Of a stretch of DNA of 31,629 nt, positions 1-15,000 are shown one piece after another. Source of the DNA: a virus. Its lineage: Duplodnaviria; Caudoviricetes. The translations under genes and the position numbers were made by a program. Below the pieces are notes generated by a model. The model saw only the letters and a program-made list of their open reading frames with translations, searched no databases and was not told the DNA's origin. Positions within the stretch are counted from its first letter, which is position 1, and every line of letters starts with the position of its first letter. Location of the stretch: IMG/VR virus record IMGVR_UViG_3300030107_003910, positions 1 through 31,629 of that record; one strand, written 5' to 3'.

Positions 1-3000
1 GGCGGTGGATATGAAGATATTCCATCTGTTTATATTGTTGATGAGAGGACTTCAAACCCAGGAACTGGTGCTACTGCTACTGCTTCCATCTTTAACGGAT
101 CAATTACTGATATTAATATAACTGCTTTTGGATCTGGTTATTCTGCTGCTGCACCTCCTACTATTTTCATTCAACCACCTCCACATGCTTCTGCATCTGT
201 AGATATTGGTTTAGGTGAGGTAACTGGATTTAATGTAATCCAATCTGGTAAGAATTACGAGAAGTGTCGTCTTACTGGATGTGCTAGAGCTGCTAGTGGT
301 ATTAAGGAATATACTGAAGAAGGTAATGCAGTATTCTCTGGTGACACTCTTGCTGCTGCACATGCTGTAGATTCTTCAGTTAAGTGTCTTGATGCACTAT
401 TTGTTAAGAGATTGCTTGATAAGTATACAGAGCAATTCCTTCCTGATGTTCCTCAGTTGGATTATGACAGTATTGATGTAAGAAGTGCTATTAAGAATAT
501 TAAGACCTTCTATTCAACAAAAGGCACATCATTTAGTGTTGCTTACCTCTTTAAGTTACTATATGGTGAAAATGTAAGTATTTCATATCCAAAAGACCAA
601 ATTACTAAGCCATCTGCTGCTACTTGGTCTATTAACACAATTCTGCGTGCTACACTTGTTTCAGGTAAGCCATCAGACATTCAAGATGCTTTAATTCAAC
701 AGGTTGCTGATATTGCAGACCCTAATATTAAAGCAGCATCTGCATTGGTTGAAAACTATATTTCAATTAAAACTTCTGACCTAGAGATATTTGAATTAGT
801 CCTATCAGAAGAAACTATTCAAGGCACATTTATTGTACCTTACAAAACAAAACTCGCTGAGCCTCTTACTGCTACCAGTGACATTATAACTGTTGACTCT
901 ACTATCGGTTGGCCAGAAAGAAACGGTGAAATCGTTATTGGTGGATTAGAGACTGTAAGATATAAAGAAAAATCATTAAACCAGTTTATTGAGTGTACTA
1001 GAGCATCAAATGCACAAATTTGGGACTCTGCTACAGAAGTTAAGTCTAATTTCGTAGTTTACCTCAATAAAGGCACATTACAAGAAGTTGTGATGAATGT
1101 GGTTGGTATCGTTGATGCTAATCAAACTACATTGACTGATACAGGTTCTTACTACCTACCAGGAGACAAATTAACCGTTTCTAAGTTGGGAGGCACATCT
1201 ATTACTCCTCAACTTACAACTTGGTTGTATAACGTTAAAAAACTCATTAATGTAACTAGCATTGCTTATGGTGGTGTTAATAACCAGTCTGCTACAGTTA
1301 CTTGTGCTAACCCTCATGGATTATTGGTTGGAGACCAAGTTACAATCTATGGTGCAAACCCAATTCTTTATAACGGAAGTTTCCTAGTCACATCAAGGGA
1401 TTCTACAACTGTATTCCAATATCAATTACCTCAACCAGCACAAGTTGTGCCACAGGGTAATATTCTAATTTCAGTTGACCTTAACAAAGGTAAGTCAACT
1501 AATAGTGCAATTGGTAATGCTATTGGACCTTATACTACTAACGTCCAGAATACATTTTTCAACACCAGTTATGTTTATGTTGCATCTACTGGTATTCCAA
1601 ACTATGAGATAGGTCCATTCCCTGGATCTGCTCTACTTCCAGGTAACCAACGTAAATTAAACAGATTTGCGTTAACTCCTACTACTATTTCGACTAAGAC
1701 TGATATTGTCCCAGGTCCAATCGGGACATGGGTTAATGGTGTATCTATTTGGTCTTATAAGTCAAAAACAACTAAAACTTTCGGTGCTGTAACTTCCATT
1801 AGCATTACTAATGCTGGTAGTGGTTATGATGCTGCTTCTCCTCCTGCAATGACCATTTCTGGAGGTGCAGGATCTGGAGCTGCTGCAACTGTAACGGTTG
1901 ACGGTGCAATTTCTGCTATTGATGTATCAGCAGGTGGTACTGGTTATACATCTTCACCTCTTGTTTCTATCGTTGGTGGAGGTGGCTCAGGTGCTGCTGC
2001 AACTGCGATTATAACAAAGGGTATTGTTTCAAGAGTACTAATCAACTCTGGAGGAAGTGGATATACTTCTCAACCAGAAATCACCATTGTTGGTGGTGGA
2101 GGATCTGGTGCTACTGCTACTGCATCTGTTAGAGGTCCAATTAAGACCGTTAATATTACTACTGGTGGTGCATCTTATACCTCTAAACCTTCTGTAACTC
2201 TATCCTCTGGTAGTGGTGCTGTTGCTCAGGCAATTGTTAATAACGGAAGAATCATATCTATTGCTATCATTTCTGCTGGTAGTGGATATACTACTGCTCC
2301 TGAAGTAAGTATACAGGGTAGTGGATTTGGTGCTGTTGCAAAAGCAACGATTGACGTTGATGGTGAGAATGCTGGTAAAGTTACTGGTATCACTATCACT
2401 AACAAAGGTATTGGATATATCCAAGGTACAACAGTAATCAACCTAACTTCTATTGGTATAAATGCTACATTTACACCAAATGTATTTGAGTGGACTTACA
2501 ACTTACAAGAGACATCTACGTTTGATACAGCAAAGGGTGCTGTATTTGAAGGATATAACGTACAATATGGTGGAGAATACTCTCACCTTTCTAACCCACA
2601 AAAATTAAGATATATTTTAGGTGATAACTTATACGAAGATGCATCTGGTGCAATTCTTGAGCAAGATGTACAGTTAACACACTCACCTATTATTGGATGG
2701 GCATTTGATGGTAACCCAATATATGGACCTTATGGTTACTCTGACCCAACTAATCAGACTTCTCAAGTTGCAAGATTAAACACATCTTATAGTCTTAAGA
2801 CAAATCTAGTCTATGATGCTGTTTCAAACCCATATCCTGTAAGAACTGATGGTCCTTTACTAACTGATGAAGCTGCTGGTAAGTTTGTTGAAGACTATCA
2901 ATATGTATTTGGTAGTGGTGACTTAGACCAGTATAATGGACGTTTCTGTAAGACTCCTGAATTCTCTGCTGGTAGATACTGCTATTTCGTTACTATCGAT

Positions 3001-6000
3001 GCTGCTGAAGCAGGTAATCCAAAATTCCCTTATATTTTAGGACCAAGTTACAACTCTGTAGTTGATACTTGGAACCTAGTAGATGCTGCTGTCCAACAGA
3101 ATATTCCTACTGGTGTTGTCCGTTATAGAGACCCTTATGAAAATGTAGATATTGATGTTGAGAGGACTCCAAATGCCTCTACAAACGCTCTAACTACTGA
3201 GTCTGGTGATACACTCCTATTTGACGCAGAAGATGAAAATAGAGATGGTATTATCACTCAAGATGAGATTGATGATCCAGAACAGATGTTTGAGGAATCA
3301 CCTCTACAATTGTTTGATTACTTCCCTAAAGTAAGATTTGATTCTAAGGTTGATATTGAAGTTGATACTATTACTAAGTTTGAGGATGCATCTGTTACTG
3401 GATTTACTATTGAAAACCCAGGTATATCTTATCAGGTTAATGACCGTCTAATCTTTGATAATACTGATACTGATGGTAGTGGTGTTTCTGCTCGTGTTTC
3501 AAGAATTAAAGGTGAAACCGTTGAATCATATACTTATGAAACCCTTGATGGAGTTAACTATGGTATTCTAACCTCAGTTGACCCTCATAACTTACTTGCT
3601 GGAGATACAGTCTTTGTAGACTATACTCCTACGATGGATAATACAAATAAGACGTTTGTAGTCCGTCAATATAAAGGTATTGAAGAAGTTGTTGTTAATA
3701 CTATTGGAAGTGGATATAACACAGACATTCCTCCTACTGTTATTATTGATAGTGATAGCGGTACTGGTGGATCTATAGAAGCAACTGTTTCATCTGTTGG
3801 GTCTATTGAATCATTCAAGATTTTAAATTCAGGGTCTGGATACACAGAGAATCCTCGTGTTATCCTTTCACATCCACAGGTCTTTAAGAAGTGTGATTAC
3901 TATGCTTCATTAATCAGTAACAATGATTATGTTAAAGTTAATGATATTTACGTTAACACTAATAAGGAAGTATACGTTTGTGGTAAGACTAAGGATACAT
4001 CTGGTAATGTTGTAGGTATAGTTGCAAAACTATCTGCTACTGGTGTTAAGGAATGGGAGAAGACATTAGAGTCTACTGCTCCTTCTGGGTCAGCAACCTT
4101 CCTAGAATTTAATAAGATTTACGTTGATGGTAATGATATTTGGGTTGCTGGTACTAATAGACCAAATATTCCTGTATTAGAAGCATATAACCCTGATATT
4201 ATTCTATGTAAGTATATTGAGGCTGCTAACGGTTTAAGTGCTGGATTGAGTATTCAGAAGGCATATGCTGGTATTTCAGGTTCTACTAGGGAAGATTATG
4301 TAACTGCTTTAACTAAGTTGTCTAGCAGTCCTAATCGTTTCATAATGGGTGGTTATACTAATACCAACTCTGCTAATCCATTTGATGCATTCTTAGCAGT
4401 TGTTGATACTGCTGGTGCTTTTGTTGTTAAGAGGAAATTAGCTACTGCTGCTGGAAATGAGAAGATTACTGATATTACGATTGGTAGTGATGGTGCAGTT
4501 TACTTCACTATGGAGACTTCAACTTCAGCATCATCGAATGATATTAATGTATCCCTTGGTAAGGCAACTGTAGGAATTAATGCAATTACTGTTGATTGGA
4601 TTAAAGAAATAAGCAATACTCTATATTCTTTCCAAGATGCTAGTGTATGTTTTGATGAATATGATGAATTCTATGTCACTGCTACATGTAGACTTAAGTC
4701 TGATGATGTAACTAAGGATAGTTTCTGGGTTGGTAAGTTTACTAATGCTGGTGCTGTACTTTGGAATAAGAGATTTGTTGCTCCTGCAAGAGATATTGTA
4801 ATGGTTGGTAAGAGTAAGATTGATATCTTCGGAGATCTCAACGTTGCTTATACACATTCTGCCTCACAGGTTGATGGTAAGAAGATGGTCAACACTGCCA
4901 AGATTAAGTATAACGGCACGATGTTGAATCATACTAGCAATGAGCTTAGAGTTGCTACTAATACTACTAATACTATTGAAGGATTTACTGCACATTCATT
5001 AGATGTTGACCAATCAGGTGATGTCCATATATTTGGTCAGGCATCTCATAATAGAAACGAATTTATATACGACTTTGCAAGTAATGGTGTAGCTGATATA
5101 ACAGGTCATTATACACTTGTTACTGGTGCAACTACTAACTCTGTCACTCTCGCTGATAACATGGCGAAGATATATGGATATAACCCTGCTGGAAGTAATA
5201 GTTCTTGGGTTAATGCATATCTCTCTGTATCTAATACACAATTAGGTACAAAACTAGGTGATGACTGGACTCTTGAATTCTTCATCCATAAGAAATCTAC
5301 TGAATCACAGACTCTATCTCAAGGTTTCCAAACTCTTGTAGGTATTGGTGGTGCTCAAGATGCAACTGGTGGACTATGGTTAGGATATAATACTTCTAAC
5401 GGTAAGTTAACTTTCGTTGTAACTAACAGTACTACTACAATCGCTGCTGGTAGTGCTATTGAATCTACTCAGACAACAATGTATGCTGATAATACTTGGC
5501 AGACAATTGGAGTAAGTAAGAATGGTAACGTATTTAAGGCATACGTTAATGGTATTGAAGTTATATCAGGTAGTCAGTCAGGTACTTCACTCGGTAATAA
5601 GACACTTTACTTTGGTAACCAAATTGGTTTTGGTAGTGGTGCAGCAGACTTCTCTGCTGGTAAGCAAGGACAATTCTATATTGATAACATTAGATTGAGA
5701 AATAGAGCAGTTGTTCCTTCAGTTCCTTCTGATATTACAACTCTACCTCCAGTAGCAAGTTATGGATTAACATTTGACTGGGTAGATGATGCTTGGTTTA
5801 CTAATCATCTTAATAAGTTTGATTATATTGATTATAATGCTGTTGGATTTAAGGTTGATAAGAATGCTGATGCTGCAAGAATAGGTACTCTAACTACATT
5901 TACAAATACTCAACTTTCTCTAACAAGGGCTGCTATATCTCCTGTTGTTGGATCTACTTTAACTCTAGGTAATGTTGGATTATCCTTGGGTGATGCTGGA

Positions 6001-9000
6001 TTCCAGTCACTAGATTATGATGATGCATCTGTATCATATACTGAAGCAACAGAGTCTATGACTTATGCTCAGGATACTTGGTCATCTAGGACAGGTACAG
6101 TACCTTCTCCTGGTTCTACTAAGGTTAAGGCAACTGCTGTTGTTAAAGACCGTTACTTCTTTAAGGTAACAGATACTTCTAAGATTGATAATATACAAGA
6201 ATTAACTATCAACCAACCATTCAGCTTTACTGTTGGTGCTAAGTTGATGCTCAAGAATGGTAGCACCTTTGTTAATAGTGGTTATATTACCAGTATTGAT
6301 AGTGCTAATAATAAGATTTACGTTGCTGTAAACAATAATAGTTGGAGTAATGATACTGCTACAGGACAACTTACTACAGAAAGATTTGACGAGCAGTCAA
6401 CTTATGGTATTCGTGGTCCTATACCAAATGATATCAACGAAATTACTGGATATACATTTGCAGAGGTTAATAACACAACCCCTGGTACATTCGATATCAA
6501 CCTAGACAAGTATAACTTAGATGGTACTTATAATGCTGCTGGTGGTCAAAACCTTGATGGATTTGCTAAGTTTAAGGCATGGTCTGGTACTAACTATACT
6601 GTAAGAATTGATGAGGTTGCAGCTGGGTCAACATACATTGTTGGATCTGTTGTAGATGTCCCTGCTGGACAAACTTCATTTAATGCTGCATACAGCACTT
6701 TACAGATTACTGGTTTAACTGCTGTATTAAAGATTACTGTTATTGCAAATCTGGAGAAGATTCTTCAAGTTTCTTCAGTTGCTAATAGCGACCAAGTTTA
6801 TGTAATTACATCTACAAGTCATTATCTTAATTCTGGTGAAATGGTTTATGTTGATGGTAACCCATCACAGACATATAACTCTGTAGTTTATGATGAATAT
6901 GATGGTGCATTCTTTGTAGATAAGATAATCAGTGTTAAGGAATTTACTTACAAACTACCACAAGCAGCAGTAACTGATCCTGCTACAACTGCTGGTAATG
7001 TTAGCATCTATGTTAAGTCTCCGACTCTTAAGATGTTTTATGGTCATCAATATATCTTTGACCTTAGTCACTCATCTCTTGTTGGTGGTAACTTATCATT
7101 TGCTAAGGATAGTCTATACAAACTTGAATATTCATTCAACTCTATTGAAAGAATTGGAACACCTGGAGTAACTGGTCAAGGTGTACCTTCTCCTTCAGTT
7201 AAATTTAAAGTTGATGAGGATGTTGTTACTAATATTTCATATTACTTCGACCCATCTAGGACTACATCTGCTACATCTCCTGTAATTCCAGGAAGTTATC
7301 TTGATGTTGTAGATTCTCCTTATAAGGGTACATTCGCAATTACATCTACTTCTGGTAAGACAATTACTAGAGGTGATGATGCAATGCGTTTCATATTGGC
7401 AAATGAGCCAGAAGCTGCTGCTGAAGTATCTCCTTCTAGTTACTCAACAAGCTCTGTTAAGGCAGTTGGATCTATTTCTGCAATTCGTATTGTTAACTCA
7501 GGTGGTTTCTATACTAGATTACCTATTATTAATAATATTGAATCAACAAGAAAGATTGAAAGGGTTGATGTTAAGACACCAGGTACTGAATATGCTGTAG
7601 GACAATATGCTGGAGTACCTATTGCTGGTGATGGAGAAGGTGGTTTAGTTTCTATTACAGTTGAAGATGGCACTGATGCTGAAGGAGTAACAATTCCAGG
7701 TCAGATTAGTGGTGTTGCTGTTACTTCTCCAGGTAAAAATTATACTACTGCATCTATTGATATTGACTCAATACCTGGCATTCTTGGTAGTGGACTAACT
7801 GGTTCTGGAGCAGAATTAGTTGTTGTCATTCCTTCCTCTGGTAGTGGTGCATCTATCTTTACTAAGGGTGATAAGGTTGGTAAGATTAAGAAACTTAAGA
7901 ATAATAACTTTGGTTATGATTATCCTCATGACTATACTTTACGTCCTGAGATTACATTCCCACTCAACTGCCAATTAACTAGCACATCTATACTTGCTAG
8001 TATTACAGTTACTGACCCAGGTTCTGGATATTCACAAGCACCTGCTGTTGTAATTACAGGTGGTGGTGGATCTGGTGCTGTTGCTGAGGCAACTATTAAG
8101 AATGGTAGATTAGATAATATTATAGTTAAGGATCCAGGTGCTGGTTATTCATCTACACCTACAATTGCTTTAAGGTCTGCATTTAACTACGTTGTAAACC
8201 TTGACTTAGGATTACTACAGTTTGCTTTCCCACATGGTATTGTAAATGGATCTCCTATCACATTGAATGTAGTTGATACTGGAGATGGCACAGACTTCCC
8301 ATTGGCAGCAGGTGCTATTGGTAGATTAAACGCTTCTACTACTTACTATGCTATTGCTGGAGCAGCAAACTCCTTAGAAACTGACCAGTTGAAACTGGCA
8401 ATTACTGCTAGTAACGCAGCTTTAGGAGATGCAATTAGCTTCGTTAACGCAGGTACTGGAAGACAGCAAGTATTGACCGAATCATTCGGTGGTGCTGCTA
8501 CTGCTAACGTTGCAACTTCAGTCTTTGACGAAGGTGAATTAGTATATCAAGGTGATACATTTGCTACTTCAACTGCTACTGGATATGTTTCTGAAAACAA
8601 TGGTTGGCAGATTGGACCTAGAATCCTTAAGATTGTTGATTACACTGGTGATTTCATTGAAGGACAAAAGATAACTGGTGTTATCTCTAAGTCTTCTGGT
8701 GTTATCTCTGACCTTAATATTGCTAAGGGTGTCCTAGAAATTGGGTCTATCACTCAAACCACAGGTCAATTTATCGATGACGTAGGTAAACCTTCAGAAA
8801 TCATTCAAAAGATTCAAGACTCCTACTATTATCAGGACTTCTCTTATGCAGTTAACTCTGCTACTTCTATTAGTGAGTGGAAAGATATTCTACTTAGAAA
8901 TGTCCACCCTGCATCATTTAAGGTATTTGGAGAATTAAACCTACAAGAATATGGGTCAATTCCTAACAAGGAGACTGCATTCCAGTTAACTAAGTCAGTT

Positions 9001-12000
9001 GAATTGGCACAATCAGCAATTGTTCCTAATATTCAAAACTTTGCTCTAGTCGAGCCAATATATCAAGAATTTAATAACACTGAGGTATTATTCAGACAGA
9101 AACGACTAACATCTTCTGAGAATATCTTGACTTCTGTTGTCCAGAGAATCGATGACATTTCACAACTATTTGACGGTGAGAGAATAGCATTCCCTCTAAC
9201 AGTTTCTGGTTCTAACGTTGTTGCAAACGCAAACCAGTTGATGATTATCCTCAATGGTATTGCACAGACTCCTGGTATTTCTTTCCAAGTCCAGAGTGAT
9301 AACATTGTATTCAGTGAGCCACCTCAACCACCTGCAAGTGTTAAGTATGCTTCTATAACTGTTACACAGATTCCAACTAAGAAATTCACCTTTAATAATA
9401 TAAGTGGTATCTTCCCAACAGCAGGGCAGTATGTAACAGGTACTACTTCTAGTGCCAAGTTTAGAGTAACTTCTGTTGTTGGTAATGATATCAACGGTTA
9501 TATCACTGAAGGCACATTTGTTGTTGGTGAATTGATGATTGTTAGTGCAACTGGATTCGCAGCAAACCTAGCAACTCAAACAGACGTTGTTAACAACGGT
9601 CTATTCCTATTTGGTGAGGTAGTTACTAACTTTGAAGGTAATACTGCTAAGGTTGAAGAAATTAACCTAGCGAAAGGACAAGAGACTCCTTTAGCAAAAC
9701 TACGCTATACAATCGGTCAATCTACAACTTCATTTGAAGTCGTACCTGTAACTGGTGCTCCTGCTGCTTTACCTGCTGGAACATTCGTTGCTACTAAGAA
9801 TTACCAGTTTGGTTCTGAAATATTCCTAGTTAATAGTATTACTGATGGAGCAGAGTCAACAACTCTTGGAGTAACAAGAGCACAAGTTGGTACTGCTGCT
9901 AGTGCTCAGTTAGAGGATACTCCATTATACGGCACTGACATTACAATTACCAATTCTCTAGTCTTGAGTAAGACAACTGGTACTTATCAGTCTACTCCAG
10001 GATTATTTGATATTCAGTTGAGTGATGTTATCATTGCTGCTGGATCTGGTGTTGTTGCTACAGTTGCATCTACAAGTCCTTATCAAGACCCTGTAACTAA
10101 CGAATTTATTAGTCAGGTCAATATATCTGAAGGATCATCATTCTTCGGTTTACTATTCAACAGAATTGCATCTCAGACTTATCCAAACGTTGTTTTAGAT
10201 AACATTGCTGAGTCTCAGATATCTATTGTTGACTTTACTGATAACCTAACAGCATTTGACTCTAAATTCCCTGCTAATGAGTTAATTAATAACTACGTTA
10301 TTAAGACAGAAAATATTCTTGGCACATTCCAAGAAAACGAGTTTATTAGAAATTATAAGATTGATTATGGTAATAATAGTGGTACATTCTTAGAGAATGA
10401 GCCAGGATTCATTAGAAAACTTACCTTCACTGATAAGCAAGGTGCTGGATTCTTTAACCAAGGTAATATAATTAGATCTAAGACTTCTAAGGCAGAAGTT
10501 ATTGGATACAATCAAGCAAGAAGCACCATCTACCTAGGTAAGATGGCAAGGTCAACTGCTAATGGATCTGACTTCCATAGCGTTACATTTAAAGGTGGAG
10601 CACAATTAGATACTGCTCAGAAGAAATTTGGTACAGCATCTCTATTACTTGATGGCACAGGTGACTATCTAACTATTCCTACAAACCAAGAATTTGGATT
10701 TGGCACTTCTGCTATTACTATTGAAGCATGGATACGTCCTGCTAACGTAACTGGAGAGCACACTATCATTGATACTAGGACTGGATCTGCTACAGACACT
10801 GCTCTTAGACTCTATACTGACGGCACAGCAATTAAGGTTGATGTAGGAAATACAACGGTTGCTACTGGTGGAACAGTTGCTATAAACACTTGGTATCACG
10901 TTGCTGTTACTAAGACTGGCACTTCAACTAAGTTATTCTTAGGTGGCACACAAATTGGGTCTACCTTCTCTGACAGTAACAACTACGGATCTACTAAACC
11001 AGTTAATATCGGTGCTGACTACGTTGGTGCTAATGCATTCAATGGTCATATTGATGAAGTAAGAATTTCAACAACTGCAAGATATACAGGTGCTTACACT
11101 CTACCAACTGGTATCTTCCAAGGAGACGATAATACAAAACTACTATACCACTTTGATGGTGTTGATGCAGCGACTTATATTGATGACTGGTCTGGTACTG
11201 GATCTTGGGTAGATGGAGATTACTTTAATAATGATGCTATTCTTTCTACTAAGAGAAAGACAGGTGGTAACCTATCTGCTCATAGTCTGAATACTCACAG
11301 ATATCTTAATGCTGCTGATTTACTTCTTAGCAATAAGACATTCCTCGCTAAAGAAGTTGTATGGAGATTGGAAAATCAATCACCATATTCACCATTCAGT
11401 GTCCTTAGTGGAAGTGTTAATTGCTCAGATGACGTTGATGATATAATCGAAGCCCTAGTAAAAGATTTAAGAAATGGTGGTAACAGTTATCTTTGGGATG
11501 CTGCTGCACTCTATGTTAATAGAGATGTAACTCCTATCACTGTTAATCATATTGAAACTGAAGTAGAAGAAACAATCTGGGTACATGAAGAGTTATCTAA
11601 GTTAGCACAACAAATCATAACCAACCAGTTTATTCAAGTATTAGGTGATCATGGATTGACTCAGGTTACTGATACAACAATTACTGATTCTACCAACGCT
11701 TCTCTATCAACACTTACTCCATCAACAGGAACTTACGATACTTCAACTGGAGAATTAACTCTAACTAAAGCATCACATGGTCTTACTGCTGGTGTAGCAA
11801 TAACTGCAACTGGAGCAACCTATGATGCTGAAACAGGTATTATGGTTGTTACATCTAACGGTCATGGTTTAAATCCTGGCGATAAAGTTAAGATGGAAGA
11901 TGGTGCAGTCACATTTACATGTGATATGGACGGTAATAAGTCTGAGCACGCTTATCCTAGAGCAGATGATCCTGCATCAGAGAAATGGATTGAAGTTGGT

Positions 12001-15000
12001 GTAGTCTCAACAAATACTTTTGAAATATTCGTTGGTAAGAAACCTCTAGTTGCTTACAAACCAACTGCTGCTAGTTACGATGCTGCAACTGGTTTAATGG
12101 CATTAACAATAGGTGACCATAACTTCTCTGCTGGTCAAACTATTAAATTGGCAAAGGATTCGCTCAAGTTTACTTGTGCGATGGATGATAATAATTCAAT
12201 TAAGTCTTATCCAAGGGTAACTGACCCAGTATATGATGAAGCAATACCTATCAAGTATGAAGGTACTCCATATACTCCTACTGGTGCAATCTATACACCT
12301 ACTACAGGTCAAATGGTTGTTACCTTAATAGGACATGGATTTGCAGTTAATGACCAGGTTAAACTTTCTGCTGGTGCTGTAAGTTTCAGTTGTGCTAAGG
12401 ATAATGACAAGTCTGATCATTCATATCCAAGAGCAACAGACCCAGTTGCTAATAGTTGGATAACAATTTCTGCTGTAACTACTAATACATTTACAATCGA
12501 CGTTGGTAAGTCTCCTGATATTTCTGCTCATACTTACTTAAGATGGGATTATAACAGTGTAGTTAAGAAAGATACTACAGTACAACTTGACGTTGGTAAA
12601 GCACCATTAATACAACACGACGTTTCTGCTGCTGCATATACACCTGCTACAGGTGCTATGGATATTACTATTGGATCACACAACTTATTAGTTGGTGATA
12701 GTATTAAGATTGCAGATAACGGACTAACATTTACATGTGCTCAGGATAGTAACGCTACAAACCATACCTATCCAAGGACAGACATTCTTAATCATACAGC
12801 AACTGGTGCAACTTATAACCCAACAACAGGTGTTATGAGTCTCACTGTTAATGGTCATGGTATGTTAAATGGTGATTGGGTTAAGTTAGACGCTAACTCA
12901 TTGACATTTACTTGTGCTGCTGACTCTAATGGCACTAACCATACATATCCAAGAGCAACAGACCCAATTGCTTCTAAGTGGATTAAAGTTTCTAACGTAT
13001 CAACAAACGCATTTGATATACAGGTATTAGATTCTGCACCTTCTACTAACACTTCTGCTCATGTATTTGTATCAGCAACTACTAATGGAATCAAACAGAA
13101 GAAAGATAGAGCATACGATACTGCAATTGAAGTTACTGGAGTTGGTACTACAAACCTAACTGCTGCTTCTGGCACAACTTATAACCCATCAACAGGTGTC
13201 CTTTCTATTACTGCTGCAAGTCATGGATTGACTGGTGCTACACAGCACACTCCAACTGCTGCATCTTATGTTCCTACTACTGGAATATTAACAGTTACAC
13301 TTAGCAGTCATGGATTCTCCAACGGTGACAGAATACAAATCGTAGACAATTCATTGACTATGACTTGTGCTAAGGATAGTGATGCAACATTCCATACATA
13401 TCCTCGCTCATCTGACCCTGTATCTGGTAAGTGGTTACCAATTACTAAGATTGATACTAATACATTTACAGTTAACGTTAATAAGTCACAAGACCTTTCT
13501 ACACATACCTTCATCTCTTGGGCATCCAATGGATTGCTTAGAGCAAGAGACATGGTTAAGTTTGATGCAGATTCATTAACATTCACATGTGTTAAAGATA
13601 GTAATGGTAGTAACCATACATATCCTCGTTTAACTGATCCTCTTGCATCACAATGGGTACCTGTTACTAACGTAGCAACAAACACATTTGAAGTTAACAC
13701 AGGACCATCTACTTACACTGGTGCTCATACATTTGTATCTGCAACTTCTAACGGAATTAAGAAGCAAAGTGGTGTTATCTCAATTAACGTTGGTATCTCT
13801 TCCAATACTACAACTCACGCATTTGTATCTGCTACTGCTGGTGCAATTAAAGCGGGTGGAGTTTATGCTCATACATTCAAGAATGCAGATAATACATATA
13901 CACCATCTACAGCGTCTTACGTCCCTGCAACTGGTGTCTTAACACTAACCATTAACGGTCATGGATTTGTTAACGGTGAGTGGGTTAAGATTGCTGATAG
14001 TGGAATCACATTTACTTGTGCTCAAGATAGCAATGCAACAAATCATGCATATCCTCGTGCTGCTGGTGCAACATTCACAGCAACAACTGGTACTGCATAC
14101 AACCCATCAACAGGTATATTAAGCATCACCACAACTGCTGCTCATAACTTGGCAAATGGTGATGAGATTAAGATTGCTAATGATTCATTGACATTCAGTT
14201 GTGCAATGGACGGTAATACAGTTAATAAGACATATCCTCGTGCTTCTGACCCTGTAAGTGCTAGATGGCTCAAAGTTTCTAACGTAGCATCCACAACATT
14301 CGATGTCCAGGTATTAGACATCACTCCTTCTTCTAACACTTCTGCCCATACATTTGTATCAGCATCTGCTAGTGGTATTCAAACTAGAGACCCTGCTTCT
14401 GGCACATGGTTGAAGATTTCTGGTGTAACTACAAACACATTTGATGTTAATGTAAGTGCATCTTCCAATACTTCTACTCACGCATTTGTAAGTGCTATTA
14501 CTGGATGTGTTAGCAGAGCAGTTATGATGAGTGGTGGAGACCATGCTCATACATTTGTCTCTGGTAAGACTAATGCATTCCATAAGGATGGTTCTTATAT
14601 CACTCTTGATAAAGAATCACTCACATTTGAATGTGCTTTAGATGAGTTTGCTTCAGAGCACTCATATCCAAGGACAACTGATCCTTTCTACAATAAGGCA
14701 TTACCAGTTGTTAAATCTACTACCAATACATTTACAGTTAATGTTGGTCAGTCAACTCAAGGTGACGATTATATTCCATATACTCCAACTGCTGCTACCT
14801 ATACACCATCAACAGGTGTTATGGTATTGACGATTGGTGCTCACAGTCTTTCGACTGATGATTTCGTTGAGATTGAAGACAATTCATTGTCATTCAAGTG
14901 CTCAATGGATAACAACCAGTCTACTAAGACATATCCTCGTCCTGCACATGATACAAGGACTTCAGGTAAGAGGGTTGCTGTTGCTGCTATTGGGTCAACA

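Noticed and set aside
412-414. TTG at 412 as the start of the giant ORF
   Set aside because: The frame is open and coding-like from base 1 (GxGY repeats continue), with no upstream stop. The gene begins before the window.
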